DNA of 64,000 nt from a bacterium (GTDB lineage: Bacteria > UBA8248). The notes below the pieces were generated by a model that was not told the origin of the DNA, did no database searches, and worked only from the letters and a program-made list of their open reading frames with translations. The DNA lies in assembly GCA_965204535.1 (NCBI GenBank), contig CBDBEV010000001.1, positions 672,001 through 736,000 of the forward strand, written 5' to 3'. Positions 38,235-48,015 of the stretch are shown one piece after another; the first letter of the stretch is position 1, and each line of letters begins with the position of its first letter. The position numbers and the translations under genes were made by a program.

Positions 38235-40589
38235 TCATCCCGGCGCCGTGAGGGCGCGCCTGCGCTCCGTGCTCATCGACCAGGGCAGCCACGCGGAGAG
38301 GTCCCCGGGCGCCCGGCCGCCGTTCTCCGCGCAGGCCGTGAGCCATGCCTCCAGCCAGCGGAGCGGGTCGACCCCGTTCGACGCGAGGGTTCCGAGGACC
38401 GAGTACATCATCGCCGTAAACCTGGCGCCGGCCTCGCTGTCGGAGCCGAACGAGAGCCGCCTGCCGATCACAGGGCCCCGAAGCGCACGTTCGCTGGCGT
38501 TGTTATCCATCGGCACCGAGGGGCGTTCGATGAAGACGCTCAGCCCCTCGCGGTGGTTCAGCAGCGAGCGAAGCGCCTTGCCCTCGCGCGCCTGCGCGGG
38601 CAGAGCGGCCATCTCCCGTCGGGCCTGCGCGAACAGGTCCTTGAGCGCCTTCTTCAATTCGTCGTGCGCCGCGTCGAACGCCGCATCCTGGCGTTCGACG
38701 CCCGGGTCGTAACTGGCCAGGCGCGCCTCGTTCAGGCGGTAAAGCAAGGCAATCCGCTCGATCCATCTCTCGCACCACGGCGTCAGCCGCTCATCGCCGG
38801 CGGCGCAGTGGATATAATCGCGCCGGACGTGACTCCAGCACCATGCGAGAGTCACCAGACCCCCGGGAATGCGCGCCAGCTTCTTGTAGGCGCTGTAGCG
38901 GTCGCAGACGATGACCGTATGGGAGCCGGCCGCGCCGAACAGCTTCATCGCGACCTCAGCACTCCGCGAGGGGTCGACGTGGAAGTAGACGGAGTCTGCG
39001 CTGACCGAGGTCCACAGCCAGGCGCGGCTCGAGCGTCCTTGTTCGCGAAGCGACTGAACGCGCCACGTCGTCTCGTCCCCGTGACGCACCGCCGCTTCGT
39101 TCTGGCGGTCGAGGATCGCCGCAGCCAGCGGCTCGAAGAGCGGCGTGAAGCGGTGCGTGCTGTCGCCCAGTGTGCCTGCAGAGACCGGAAGCCCCTGGTC
39201 GGAGAGCCACGCGGCGACCCGGCGCAGCGGGCGGAAGCAGGCGTAGCGCTCGAACAGGAAGCGCGCCCACACGCTCGTCCCGTAAGGCGTGCCCGCGAAC
39301 AGGCGCGGCGCGGCGGGCGCCGACACTTCCACCGGAGACGACGCGCACGCGCATCTCCTGCGCCATCTCGGACGGCGGATGACGCGCTTGTGGGCCGAGA
39401 CTTCGATCTCGAAGATGGAGGAGACCTCGGCGCCATTGGCCACGTAGGGCTTCCCGCAACCGGCGCAGACGCGCGCACCGGCCGGCGGGTTGCGAACTTC
39501 GGTCCTCTCATCGAGCGCGGGCCGCGGGGTGCGGCCATGACCGGCGGCGCCGGGTTGCCGGCCGCGCCTGCGCTCCGAGCGCGGCCTCTCCTGCCGTTCG
39601 CTCTTGCGCCCGAACAGTCTTCTCGCCAGCACCGCTCCGGTGGCGCGAAGCTTCGCGAGATCGGCCTCCAGCCGCGCCCGGATGGTCTCTGACTTGCGGA
39701 GCGCCCTGCGAAGACGCCCGTTCTCCCTCGACAGCGACCTGAGCGCCGTCTTCTGGCGCCGCGACCTCCCCAGGGCCTTGCGCAGTTCCTCATCTGCACG
39801 AGACGGCGACTTCGAGCGCGCCGCCTCGAGAGCGCGCAGCAACCGCGCCTTCAGCCGTTCGGTCGCAATGCCTACGGCCCCCAGGGAGACTTCAAGACGG
39901 TAGACCTCCGCAGACAGCGACTCGACCACCTCCGCCTGGTCGCGCAATCGCCTCAACTTCCTGTAGAGCCCGATGGCCTCCTCGTCCAGGCTCCGAATGG
40001 TCTCCTTGTCGGTCGCCGACTTCTGCTTCTCCAGGGCCAGACGATCTTCGAGCCGGGCAACTTCCTTCTCCCGCCGGCCGACCTCCTTGCGCAGGGCATG
40101 AATCGTCTCCTTGCGCTCCTCCAGGGCCTTGCGCAGCCGCCCCGCCTCCCCCGGCGACGGCACGCCCGAGAGCTCCTTGCGAAGCCGGACGACCTCCATG
40201 CGCAGCGACATGAGCGGGCTGCGCTTGCGCGGATCGACCCCCGCCTCCGCAAGCAGCTTCTCCAGCCGCGCCACTTCCGCCTTGAGCGACAGCGCGTCCT
40301 TCGCCGCGCGGCGGGCTTCCTTCGCCTCCCCGGCGGCCGCCTCGAGCTTCTTCCGGCTGGCGTCGAGATGCCGCTTCAGCTTGCCCGCACGGGAGCGGGA
40401 ATCCACTTCCGCCCAACGCAACTCCTCGCAGCGCGCCTCCGCCGCCTCCGCGCGCGCACGCTCGCGCTCGTACAGCGAACGCCAGTACGCCTCTGCGGTT
40501 GTGGACAACCCGGGGGAATGAGGCCATGGCTCATCCGGCCTCTCGGCCAACGCCAACTCCGTCTCGACAGCTTCTGCGCGAATCTTCAT
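38235..40589 (-). CDS. tnpC: IS66 family transposase TnpC with long N-terminal coiled-coil extension
   Basis: LFGRKSER, CxxC zinc finger, HGDETTW, VCDRYSAY, CWSHVRR, DNNASERALR. Confidence 0.92.
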   Translation of the reverse strand: MKIRAEAVETELALAERPDEPWPHSPGLSTTAEAYWRSLYERERARAEAAEARCEELRWAEVDSRSRAGKLKRHLDASRKKLEAAAGEAKEARRAAKDALSLKAEVARLEKLLAEAGVDPRKRSPLMSLRMEVVRLRKELSGVPSPGEAGRLRKALEERKETIHALRKEVGRREKEVARLEDRLALEKQKSATDKETIRSLDEEAIGLYRKLRRLRDQAEVVESLSAEVYRLEVSLGAVGIATERLKARLLRALEAARSKSPSRADEELRKALGRSRRQKTALRSLSRENGRLRRALRKSETIRARLEADLAKLRATGAVLARRLFGRKSERQERPRSERRRGRQPGAAGHGRTPRPALDERTEVRNPPAGARVCAGCGKPYVANGAEVSSIFEIEVSAHKRVIRRPRWRRRCACASSPVEVSAPAAPRLFAGTPYGTSVWARFLFERYACFRPLRRVAAWLSDQGLPVSAGTLGDSTHRFTPLFEPLAAAILDRQNEAAVRHGDETTWRVQSLREQGRSSRAWLWTSVSADSVYFHVDPSRSAEVAMKLFGAAGSHTVIVCDRYSAYKKLARIPGGLVTLAWCWSHVRRDYIHCAAGDERLTPWCERWIERIALLYRLNEARLASYDPGVERQDAAFDAAHDELKKALKDLFAQARREMAALPAQAREGKALRSLLNHREGLSVFIERPSVPMDNNASERALRGPVIGRRLSFGSDSEAGARFTAMMYSVLGTLASNGVDPLRWLEAWLTACAENGGRAPGDLSAWLPWSMSTERRRALTAPG

Positions 40590-40848
40590 GCCGACATCAT
40601 TAGCACATGTCGAATCGCGTTACCAGTCGCCCGGGAAAATTCTATCCGATGGAGGCGATGCGCCCGGCGCCGGGTCCATCACGGCCCGCCCGAACGCTTA
40701 CATCTGCTCTCAATCACCAGAGCGGTAAGAATTTCCATAAATATTGCAAAAATAAATTGAAAAGTTGTAAAATAACTGGTGAAAAGTATATAGTTTGCGA
40801 CATTAAGTTGCAAAAAATAATTGAATAGTTTCAAAGAGGTTGTTTCGT

Positions 40849-41877
40849 ATGGCCAAAGTCAGGCAAACCGAAAGGATAAGGGCGTATATCCTCGATAATG
40901 TTGAAGCGCACCCGCAGGATATCGCCAGGGCGACGTCCGAGAGATTCGGGGTTTCCAGGTCCGCCGTGAGCAAGCACTTGAGGTCGCTCGTTGATGGCGG
41001 TTTCCTGGAATCGAGCGGAACAACGAGTGCGCGCAGGTATTCTCTGCGAAAAATCCTGGATGAGAGCTGGGTGTTCAAGGTCGATGAAATCGAGGAAGAC
41101 CGCGTTTGGCGTGAATATGTACGACCCCACCTGAAAGAGCTTTCCGAGAACATATATGGCATTTGTTATTTCGGTTTCACGGAAATGCTGAATAATGTGA
41201 TTGACCATTCAGAGTCGAAAGAAGCCAGAGTTCACCTGTCCCGAACTGCAACGAACATTACGATAGATGTAATAGACGCAGGCGTCGGGATTTTCAGGAA
41301 GATTCAGTCGGAGTTCGACTTGCACGATCCCCGCCACGCCCTTTTGGAACTGTCGAAAGGAAAACTCACGACGGACGAGGCGAGGCACACCGGCGAAGGG
41401 ATATTTTATACCTCGCGAATGTTCGACAGGTTTTCCATCATCTCGGGTACCCTTTGCTTCATTCGTGAAAACGATGAGGACGACTGGCTGATTGAAACGT
41501 CGGAGGGAAAGAGCCTTCCAGGAACCATCATCAGGTTAGAAATAAAAACCAAGACGCAAAGAACGCCAGAAGAAATCTATGAGAAATTCGCTGCGGGAGA
41601 TGAGGGCTTTGATTTTTCCAGAACCCATGTTCCCCTGCAGCTTCTGTTGTATGAAGGAGAAGAGCTCATTTCCCGCTCTCAGGCCAAGAGGTTGTTGATG
41701 CGCCTCGATGGCTTCCGGGAAGTCCTTCTCGATTTCAAGGGGATACAGAGAATCGGTCAGGCGTTCGCGGATGAAATTTTCAGGGTCTATAAAAACGCGT
41801 ATCCCCAAGTAGAAGTCATAGCCGTCAGGGCAACCGAACACGTGCAGCAAATGATCGACCGGGCAAGACGCCGATGA
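40849..41877 (+). CDS. HTH + HATPase-like + DUF4325 (STAS-like) fusion protein
   Basis: N-terminal FGVSRSAVSKHL HTH; EMLNNVIDHS, D.GVGI, HTGEGIF GHKL boxes; C-terminal SRSQAKRL..LDFKGI..IGQAFADEIF. Confidence 0.75.
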   Translation: MAKVRQTERIRAYILDNVEAHPQDIARATSERFGVSRSAVSKHLRSLVDGGFLESSGTTSARRYSLRKILDESWVFKVDEIEEDRVWREYVRPHLKELSENIYGICYFGFTEMLNNVIDHSESKEARVHLSRTATNITIDVIDAGVGIFRKIQSEFDLHDPRHALLELSKGKLTTDEARHTGEGIFYTSRMFDRFSIISGTLCFIRENDEDDWLIETSEGKSLPGTIIRLEIKTKTQRTPEEIYEKFAAGDEGFDFSRTHVPLQLLLYEGEELISRSQAKRLLMRLDGFREVLLDFKGIQRIGQAFADEIFRVYKNAYPQVEVIAVRATEHVQQMIDRARRR

Positions 41878-42005
41878 TGTCTATGTAAATCAAGAGGCAG
41901 CTTTTCGCGCCCGCCTCTCTCATCTACGCAGAGGCTTCATGTTGTTAAGCAACTTGGTGTCGTTGCTGATTTGCAGCCGATCGATGACCTCCTGAAATTC
42001 AAAGC

Positions 42006-42551
42006 TCACGAAGGCAAGTTCTCGTCGCCTTCGCCCAGGGCGCGCTGCATGATCACGCAGTCGAGCCATCGGCCGTGCTTGAAGCCGATGGACTTCAGGG
42101 TGCCGACGAGCCGGAACCCGGCGCGCTCGTGCAGCTTTATCGAGGCCGCATTCGCGCTGTCGCCGATGACGGCGACCATCTGGCGAAAGCCCTGGCGGGC
42201 GCATGCGTCGATCAGCCTGTCGAGCAGCGCAGCACCCAGCCCTTGGCGCATGATGCGATGATCGACGTAGACGGAATTTTCGACGGCGTGGCGGTACGCC
42301 GGCCTTCGGTGGTAGGGCGCTGCATAGGCGTAGCCGCAAACGACGCCCTCGACCTCCGCAGCGAGCCAGGGGAGGCCTTTCGCTCTGACGGCCCGGAAGC
42401 GGCGGCGGATCTCCTCGATGCCCGGCGGTTCCTCCTCGAACGTGGCCGTGCCGCACAGCACGTGGTGGGCGTATATCTCCCGGACCGCGGGCAGGTCATC
42501 TTCTGCGGCGTCGCGGACGAGCGGCCCCGCTTTCGAACCGGCCTTGCGCAA
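42006..42551 (-). CDS. GNAT N-acetyltransferase (Pat/YncA-like)
   Basis: TATFEEEPP, GYAYA..Y..RPAY, ENSVY, QGLG, NAASIKLHE, GFKHGRWLD. Confidence 0.92.
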   Translation of the reverse strand: MRKAGSKAGPLVRDAAEDDLPAVREIYAHHVLCGTATFEEEPPGIEEIRRRFRAVRAKGLPWLAAEVEGVVCGYAYAAPYHRRPAYRHAVENSVYVDHRIMRQGLGAALLDRLIDACARQGFRQMVAVIGDSANAASIKLHERAGFRLVGTLKSIGFKHGRWLDCVIMQRALGEGDENLPS

Positions 42552-42626
42552 CCTTTCTCCCTCCCGGCTTTCGGGGATTCACGAATCCGGCGCCCCGGGC
42601 GTCCGATCTTACGTCTCATGCCTGCG

Positions 42627-43385
42627 TCACGCCATGGGAATCATATATCGCCGCATGAGCCTGTGGATGGTCATGCGGAAGAGCTGGTCGGTGATGAGGC
42701 CGAACGAGCCCAGCATCAGGAACCCGACGAACATCTCGGCGGGCGCGATGATGTTCGTGCTCTGCATGATGAGGAAGCCGATGCCCTGGTCGGCGGCGAG
42801 CATCTCCGCGGCCACGACGCCCATGAAGGAGAAGCCCAGCGCAAGCCTGAGCCCGGTGAGGATGTGGGGCCAGGCCGAAGGCAGGACGACCCGCACGAAG
42901 ATGTCTTGTTTGCGCGCGCCCAGGCAGAGGGCGGCCCGGACCCGAATCTGAGGCGTGGAGGCAACGCCCGCCGCTGTGTTGAACAGCACCGCGATCCCCG
43001 CGGCGTAGGAGATGATGAAGTACTTTCCGATCTCGCCGATGCCGAAGATCGAGACGACCAGCGGAATGAGGGCCACCGGCGGGATGTTCCGGCAGAACTC
43101 GAGCGGCGGCTCGATGAGGTCGCGGGCCAGTCGAATCGCCCCGGTCGCCACGCCGACCACGATTCCGATGACGCAGCCCAGGGCGTAGCCCAGGACGATG
43201 CGCCGCAGGCTCGCTCCGAGGTGGGCGAACAGTTCGGTGTTCCAGATCATCTCGGCGAGTTTCCCGGCCACCGAGACGGGAGAGGGCACGATAGCCTCCT
43301 CGAAGAAGGTCCCGCTCGACGTCCACCAGACCCCTGTGAACACCAGGATCGAAACCGACAGCCTCGCCAATTTGCCCGCATTCAT
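42627..43385 (-). CDS. NitT/TauT family ABC transporter permease
   Basis: SLRRI..GY, IPPVALIP, VVLPSAWPHILTGLR, VVAAEM. Confidence 0.92.
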   Translation of the reverse strand: MNAGKLARLSVSILVFTGVWWTSSGTFFEEAIVPSPVSVAGKLAEMIWNTELFAHLGASLRRIVLGYALGCVIGIVVGVATGAIRLARDLIEPPLEFCRNIPPVALIPLVVSIFGIGEIGKYFIISYAAGIAVLFNTAAGVASTPQIRVRAALCLGARKQDIFVRVVLPSAWPHILTGLRLALGFSFMGVVAAEMLAADQGIGFLIMQSTNIIAPAEMFVGFLMLGSFGLITDQLFRMTIHRLMRRYMIPMA

Positions 43386-43408
43386 TCGTCCCGACCTCCC
43401 ATGGCGTA

Positions 43409-44176
43409 TCAGTCGAACGCGGCCGTCTGCAGCATGTAGCGCCGCATGAGCCTGCCGATGGTGAACTGGAAGGCGCGATCCGTGACAAGCCCGATCAGGC
43501 CCAGCAGGAACAGCCCCGAGAACATCTGCTCGGGCAGCAGCATGTTCCGGCTTTGCATGATGAGGTAGCCCACGCCGGACTCGGCCGCGATCATCTCAGC
43601 GGCCACCACCCCCATGAACGCGAAGCCGAGCGCGACCCTGAGCCCGGTGAGGATGAACGGCCAGGCCGAGGGCAGCACCACGCGCACGAAGATGTCCCAG
43701 CGCCCCGCGCCCAGGCACATGGCCGCGCGAACGCGAATCTGCGGGGTCGACGCCACCCCCGCCGCGGTGTTGAAGACGACCGGAATGATGGTCGAATAGA
43801 TGATGACGAAATACTTGCTGGGCTCCTCCAGGCCGAAGGCGTTCACCGCCAGCGGGATGATGGCGACAGGCGTGATGTTGCGCACGAACTGAAGGGGGGG
43901 CTCCAGCATGTCTTCGGCAATCCGGATCCGCGCGACGGCGACGCCCGTGAGAATCCCCAGGACGGAGCCCAAGGCGTAACCGACGATCACGCGCCGGAGG
44001 CTGGCCCAGGCGTGAAAGAGTATCTCGCCGTCCGCCGTCATCTCCCAGAGGTGCACGGCGACCTTGTGCGGCGCGGGAACCAGGATCGGGTTGAAGAGGG
44101 TGCCGCTGCTCAGCCACCACAGGGAGAACGCCGCGGCGACCGAGAGCGTTCTCCAGAAGACCATCCGGCGGCTCAC
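43409..44176 (-). CDS. NitT/TauT family ABC transporter permease
   Basis: Paralog of the adjacent permease with the same motifs. Confidence 0.92.
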   Translation of the reverse strand: MSRRMVFWRTLSVAAAFSLWWLSSGTLFNPILVPAPHKVAVHLWEMTADGEILFHAWASLRRVIVGYALGSVLGILTGVAVARIRIAEDMLEPPLQFVRNITPVAIIPLAVNAFGLEEPSKYFVIIYSTIIPVVFNTAAGVASTPQIRVRAAMCLGAGRWDIFVRVVLPSAWPFILTGLRVALGFAFMGVVAAEMIAAESGVGYLIMQSRNMLLPEQMFSGLFLLGLIGLVTDRAFQFTIGRLMRRYMLQTAAFD

Positions 44177-44958
44177 CGGGCGCGCATCCTCTGCACTTCT
44201 TCGTCGATGAGCGTCTCGACCCGGCTGTACATGGCGGCGAAATCGGGATTCGACGGAGAGCGGGGTTCTTCCAGGTCGAGCTGGAAGACCTCCTTGATCC
44301 CCGCCTTGGGACCTGCCGTCATCACCGCCAGATGGGTGCTTAGCAGAAGCGCCTCGAAGATGTCGTGGGTGATGTAGAAAATGGTCTTGCCCGTCTCGGA
44401 CCAGATTTTACGGAATTCGACCTGGAGGTGTTTCTTCGTGATCGCGTCGAGCGCCGCGAAAGGCTCGTCCATGAGGAGGATGTCCGGGTCGTTCGCCAGC
44501 GCGCGGGCGATCTGGATGCGCTGCTTCATCCCGCCCGAGAGCTCGAAGGGGAACTTCCCGGCGTCGGCGTCGAGGCCCACGAGCCGAAGGTACTTCTCGG
44601 CCCGCTCATTGCGCTCCCCGGCGCCGAGACGGGCCATCTTCGGGCCGAACTCCACGTTTTCGCGCGCGTTCATCCATGGGAAAAGAGCGTTGCTGACGTC
44701 CTGGAAGATGACCGTCCTGTCCGTTCCGGGTCCGGTGACGGGCCTGTCGTCGAGGGATGCGCCTCCCGTCGTCGCCCCCTCGAAGCCGGCGACGATGTTG
44801 AGGAGGGTGGATTTGCCGCACCCGCTCGGTCCGAGGAGGGTGAAGAAAGCTCCCCGCTCCACGGTCAGGGTGACGTCCCGCAACACCTGCGCGACGCCCC
44901 CGTCGGCGCGGGTGAAATCCTTCCCCACGCCCTCCAGGCGTAAGACCCGCCAACTCAC
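44173..44958 (-). CDS. NitT/TauT family ABC transporter ATP-binding protein
   Basis: GPSGCGKST, LSGGMKQR, LLMDEPFAALD, ITHD. Confidence 0.93.
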   Translation of the reverse strand: MSWRVLRLEGVGKDFTRADGGVAQVLRDVTLTVERGAFFTLLGPSGCGKSTLLNIVAGFEGATTGGASLDDRPVTGPGTDRTVIFQDVSNALFPWMNARENVEFGPKMARLGAGERNERAEKYLRLVGLDADAGKFPFELSGGMKQRIQIARALANDPDILLMDEPFAALDAITKKHLQVEFRKIWSETGKTIFYITHDIFEALLLSTHLAVMTAGPKAGIKEVFQLDLEEPRSPSNPDFAAMYSRVETLIDEEVQRMRAR

Positions 44959-45033
44959 TCCGCCTCCTCGTCCCCGCCCCCGGCCGCCGCTCGGCCGGTC
45001 GGAGACGGGGGAAACAGCGTTTTCGTCCCTTGC

Positions 45034-46023
45034 CTACTTGATGAGCTTGGGGCTCACCGACTTCAGCCCCCGCGTGTCGAAGAGCTTGCCCCAGTCCACC
45101 TTGGCCTTCGACTTGCCCTTCGAGATCATGAAGTTGTTGAGGGAGTCCATGTCTTTACGGAATTGCGCCGTATAGGACACGTCCATGTTCATGACCGCGA
45201 TCATCCGCTTGGCCTTGTCCGCGGGGACCTTGAACTCCTTGCCCACGATCTTCGACGCTTCGTCGACGTTCTTCGCGGAGAACTCGGCGCCCTGCATCGT
45301 CCCCTTGATCAGCGCCGTCACGGCGTCGAAGTCGTTGTCGATGAGGTCCTTGCGGGCGGACGTGACCATGTACTCGGTGAAGAAGCCCTTGCCCGTGCTC
45401 AGGATGTGCACCTTTTTCGCGCCCGAAACCTCGACCGACCGCCAGCCGAAGGGCTGCCAGATGGTGAAGCCGTCCAGGTCGCCCCCGTCGAGGGCGACGA
45501 CCATCTCGGCCGGCTTGACGTTCTTGTACTTCACGTCGGAGAGCTTGACGCCGTTCGCGTCGAGATACTTGGCCGCGAAGAACTCCGACGTCGTCCCCAG
45601 CCATACGCCCATCGTCTTGCCGATGAAATCCTTGGCGCTCTTGATCGATTTCTTGGCGACCACCACCGAAAGCTCGGTGTAGTGCGCGGAGGGGTGGACC
45701 CCCACGATCTTGCCCTTGGTCTGGAGCCAGGTGCGTACGGCGGGCCAGTCGCCCGTGTTGACGAAGTCTCCGCGTCCCGCGATGAACGACTGCGCGGCGA
45801 CGCCGCCCGAGGTGAAGTGCTTGAGTTTCACGTTGAGTCCCAGCTTCTTGTAGAACCCCTTGTGGACTGCCGTCACCATCGGAGCGAACTGGGGCGTGGA
45901 GCCGATGAGATAGGTGTACTGGGACTTCTTGGGCGCCGCCTCTGCCGGAACGGCCGCAACCAGTGCGAACGCTACCAGTAGAATCAGCGCGAATCCGAAC
46001 ATCCTGTTTGCCGTGTGACGCAT
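45034..46023 (-). CDS. NMT1/SsuA/TauA-type substrate-binding protein
   Basis: Signal peptide, F.SG, GTTSE, WQP; operon context. Confidence 0.85.
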   Translation of the reverse strand: MRHTANRMFGFALILLVAFALVAAVPAEAAPKKSQYTYLIGSTPQFAPMVTAVHKGFYKKLGLNVKLKHFTSGGVAAQSFIAGRGDFVNTGDWPAVRTWLQTKGKIVGVHPSAHYTELSVVVAKKSIKSAKDFIGKTMGVWLGTTSEFFAAKYLDANGVKLSDVKYKNVKPAEMVVALDGGDLDGFTIWQPFGWRSVEVSGAKKVHILSTGKGFFTEYMVTSARKDLIDNDFDAVTALIKGTMQGAEFSAKNVDEASKIVGKEFKVPADKAKRMIAVMNMDVSYTAQFRKDMDSLNNFMISKGKSKAKVDWGKLFDTRGLKSVSPKLIK

Positions 46024-46120
46024 AGCTCAACCTCCCTGTAGTGATTGCCTCGAAAAGCGAACTTCTTCAGGAACTTCCTCAAACGTCCAGGTGAAACCCG
46101 GGTTCCCCTTCTCCGGAACA

Positions 46121-46354
46121 GCAACCCCCCCTTCCCCCCCTTATCAGGGGGGTTTTTTCTTATCCCCCTTGTCAGGGGGGCCTTCTTTTTTACCCCCTTT
46201 GTCTGGAGGGCAGGAAAAAACAAAAACCCCTCTACCGGCGGCGGGCGTCGCCTTTTCATACCCCCCTGTCAAGGGGGGGTAGGGGGGGGTTGCCTTTCCA
46301 GAAGAAAGGAGCGTTCTCTCTGCCCCCCTGAAAAGGGGTCTTTTTCAACAACCT
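46121..46354. repeat. CCCCCCTACCCCCCTTGTCAGGGGGG family inverted doublet
   Basis: gcaacccccccttcccccccttatcagggggg versus ccccctgtcaagggggggtagggggggttgc, internal partial copies, ttttcaacaacc end. Confidence 0.75.
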
Positions 46355-46385
46355 CGGCTATCCGTCGCCTCCCGCCTCCCGCGGT

Positions 46386-47741
46386 TCAGAGCGTGACCGT
46401 GCTATGGCGCTGCTCTTCGATCTTCCGCTTGATGTGGGGGAGGATTTCCTCCTTCGGCCTGCCGCAAACTTCGAGCAGCAGGCTCGCATAGACCTTCGTG
46501 GTGTGGTAGAGGTCTTCGAGGCTCACGTGCTCGCCGATGTTCGGGTCCCACCCCGGGACGCCTGAGCGCGTCCGGCCCGAGGGTCCGTAGTTGAGGGTGG
46601 GAACGCCGTAGCGCGTGATGTGGGAGGCGTCCGATATCCAGCCCTCGGTCACCGTTTCCGGGTCCCGGCCGTGCACCGACTTGTGGGCGCGCTTGATGGC
46701 GCCGTAGATGTATTCGTCATCTTCGATCTCGGCCCCCGGGTTGGACATGTACATCTCCAGATCCACCTTGAGGTCGGGGTCTCCCGCCACGATCTCCTCG
46801 ATGATGTCCTCGATCTCGCGCTTGATCTCCAGGGGGTGCTGCCTGGGGAGGAGGCGCGTATCCATATACAGGTTGCAGAAGACGGGGGTGCGGCTGCACC
46901 GCCAGGGCCAGCCGCCCTCGATGGCCGCAATGTTCACGTTGGCGTGCGAGTTGCCGTAGGGGTGCGCTTCGCGGTACTTGGGCGCCCAGCGCTCCAGGGC
47001 GTCGAGGATTTTCTTCATCTTCAGGATGGCGTTGACCGCGTTGTGCGCGTAGGTCGTGTGGGCCGGCGTCCCGTAGACGGTGATCTTGTGGTAGACGTAG
47101 CCCATGTGGCCGAGAACCACCCGCATCTCGGACGGCTCGCCGATGACCGCCATGTCGGCGGTGCCGCCGTGGGTGGCCAGATAGCAGGCCCCGCAGCCGC
47201 CGCCCCGGTAGTGCTTGCCCTGGTACTGGTCGACCGCGCCCATCTCGATCTCGCCGCCCACCGCCCCGACGGTGACGTTCCCCTTGAGCTTGACGCCCGC
47301 GTCCTGGATGGCGTTCAGGGCCTCGACGTAGCAGGCGATCGCGCCCTTCATGTTGTAGATGCCCAGGCCGTATATCCACTCCTCGCCCGTGGCGGGGTCC
47401 GTTTCGCTCCAGGCGCTGGGCTGGTAGGCGGGGAGCTTGGGGAGGCCGGGTTCCTTGCCCGAGTAGGAGGTGTCGATATGTCCGCAGAAGAGGAACTCGA
47501 TGCCGGTGCCGTCGCCCTTGAGCGTCCCCAGCGCGTTGAACCGTTCCGTCTCGAATTCCTGGAGGCGCGAGATGAGCCCGATGGATTCGTAGTGCTCGCC
47601 GAGGAAGCGGGCGATCTCCTCTTCCTCTCCCGTGGGGCTCCAGATGTCGACCAGGTCCATCCCCAGCTTCTTGAGGCGCCCCTTGTCGATAGCCGCCCAG
47701 ACCTTCTCCCGATGTTCGGGCATACCCGCCGCCTGTTCCAT
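46386..47741 (-). CDS. M20/ArgE-DapE family metallohydrolase
   Basis: GHIDT, YGLGIYNMKG, IGEPS, G.PAH, NAI, SDA, YGP. Confidence 0.8.
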   Translation of the reverse strand: MEQAAGMPEHREKVWAAIDKGRLKKLGMDLVDIWSPTGEEEEIARFLGEHYESIGLISRLQEFETERFNALGTLKGDGTGIEFLFCGHIDTSYSGKEPGLPKLPAYQPSAWSETDPATGEEWIYGLGIYNMKGAIACYVEALNAIQDAGVKLKGNVTVGAVGGEIEMGAVDQYQGKHYRGGGCGACYLATHGGTADMAVIGEPSEMRVVLGHMGYVYHKITVYGTPAHTTYAHNAVNAILKMKKILDALERWAPKYREAHPYGNSHANVNIAAIEGGWPWRCSRTPVFCNLYMDTRLLPRQHPLEIKREIEDIIEEIVAGDPDLKVDLEMYMSNPGAEIEDDEYIYGAIKRAHKSVHGRDPETVTEGWISDASHITRYGVPTLNYGPSGRTRSGVPGWDPNIGEHVSLEDLYHTTKVYASLLLEVCGRPKEEILPHIKRKIEEQRHSTVTL

Positions 47742-48015
47742 ATAACCACTCCCTCTCCTGGCCGAACCGGAGCCCGGCGGACACGGACCGCGAAGAGACG
47801 GCGGGGAAACGGGGCCATATCGCATGAAGCAAAAACGACGTGAAAATCGTGGTCCCGCCTCGATTCCGCATCGCTCGCTCGCGATCTCAAGCGCGCTTTA
47901 TATTCTGTATGTACCTGACACTAGCACAATATATGCGCGGATTAAACCACGCGCGAGGCGCCTGCTCCCCGAAATCCCGGTTCGAGGGGGTGATGAAAAA
48001 GCCTTTGTCAAAGGA

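Larger units (their letters stand above)
37289..40701 (-). mobile_element. IS66-family element (3413 bp) with a DUF4338 passenger
   Basis: Perfect 26-bp TIRs gtaagcgttcgggcgggccgtgatgg (37289-37314) and reverse complement (40676-40701); 8-bp direct repeat atctgctc at 37281-37288 and 40702-40709; GTAA ends typical of IS66. Confidence 0.95.
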
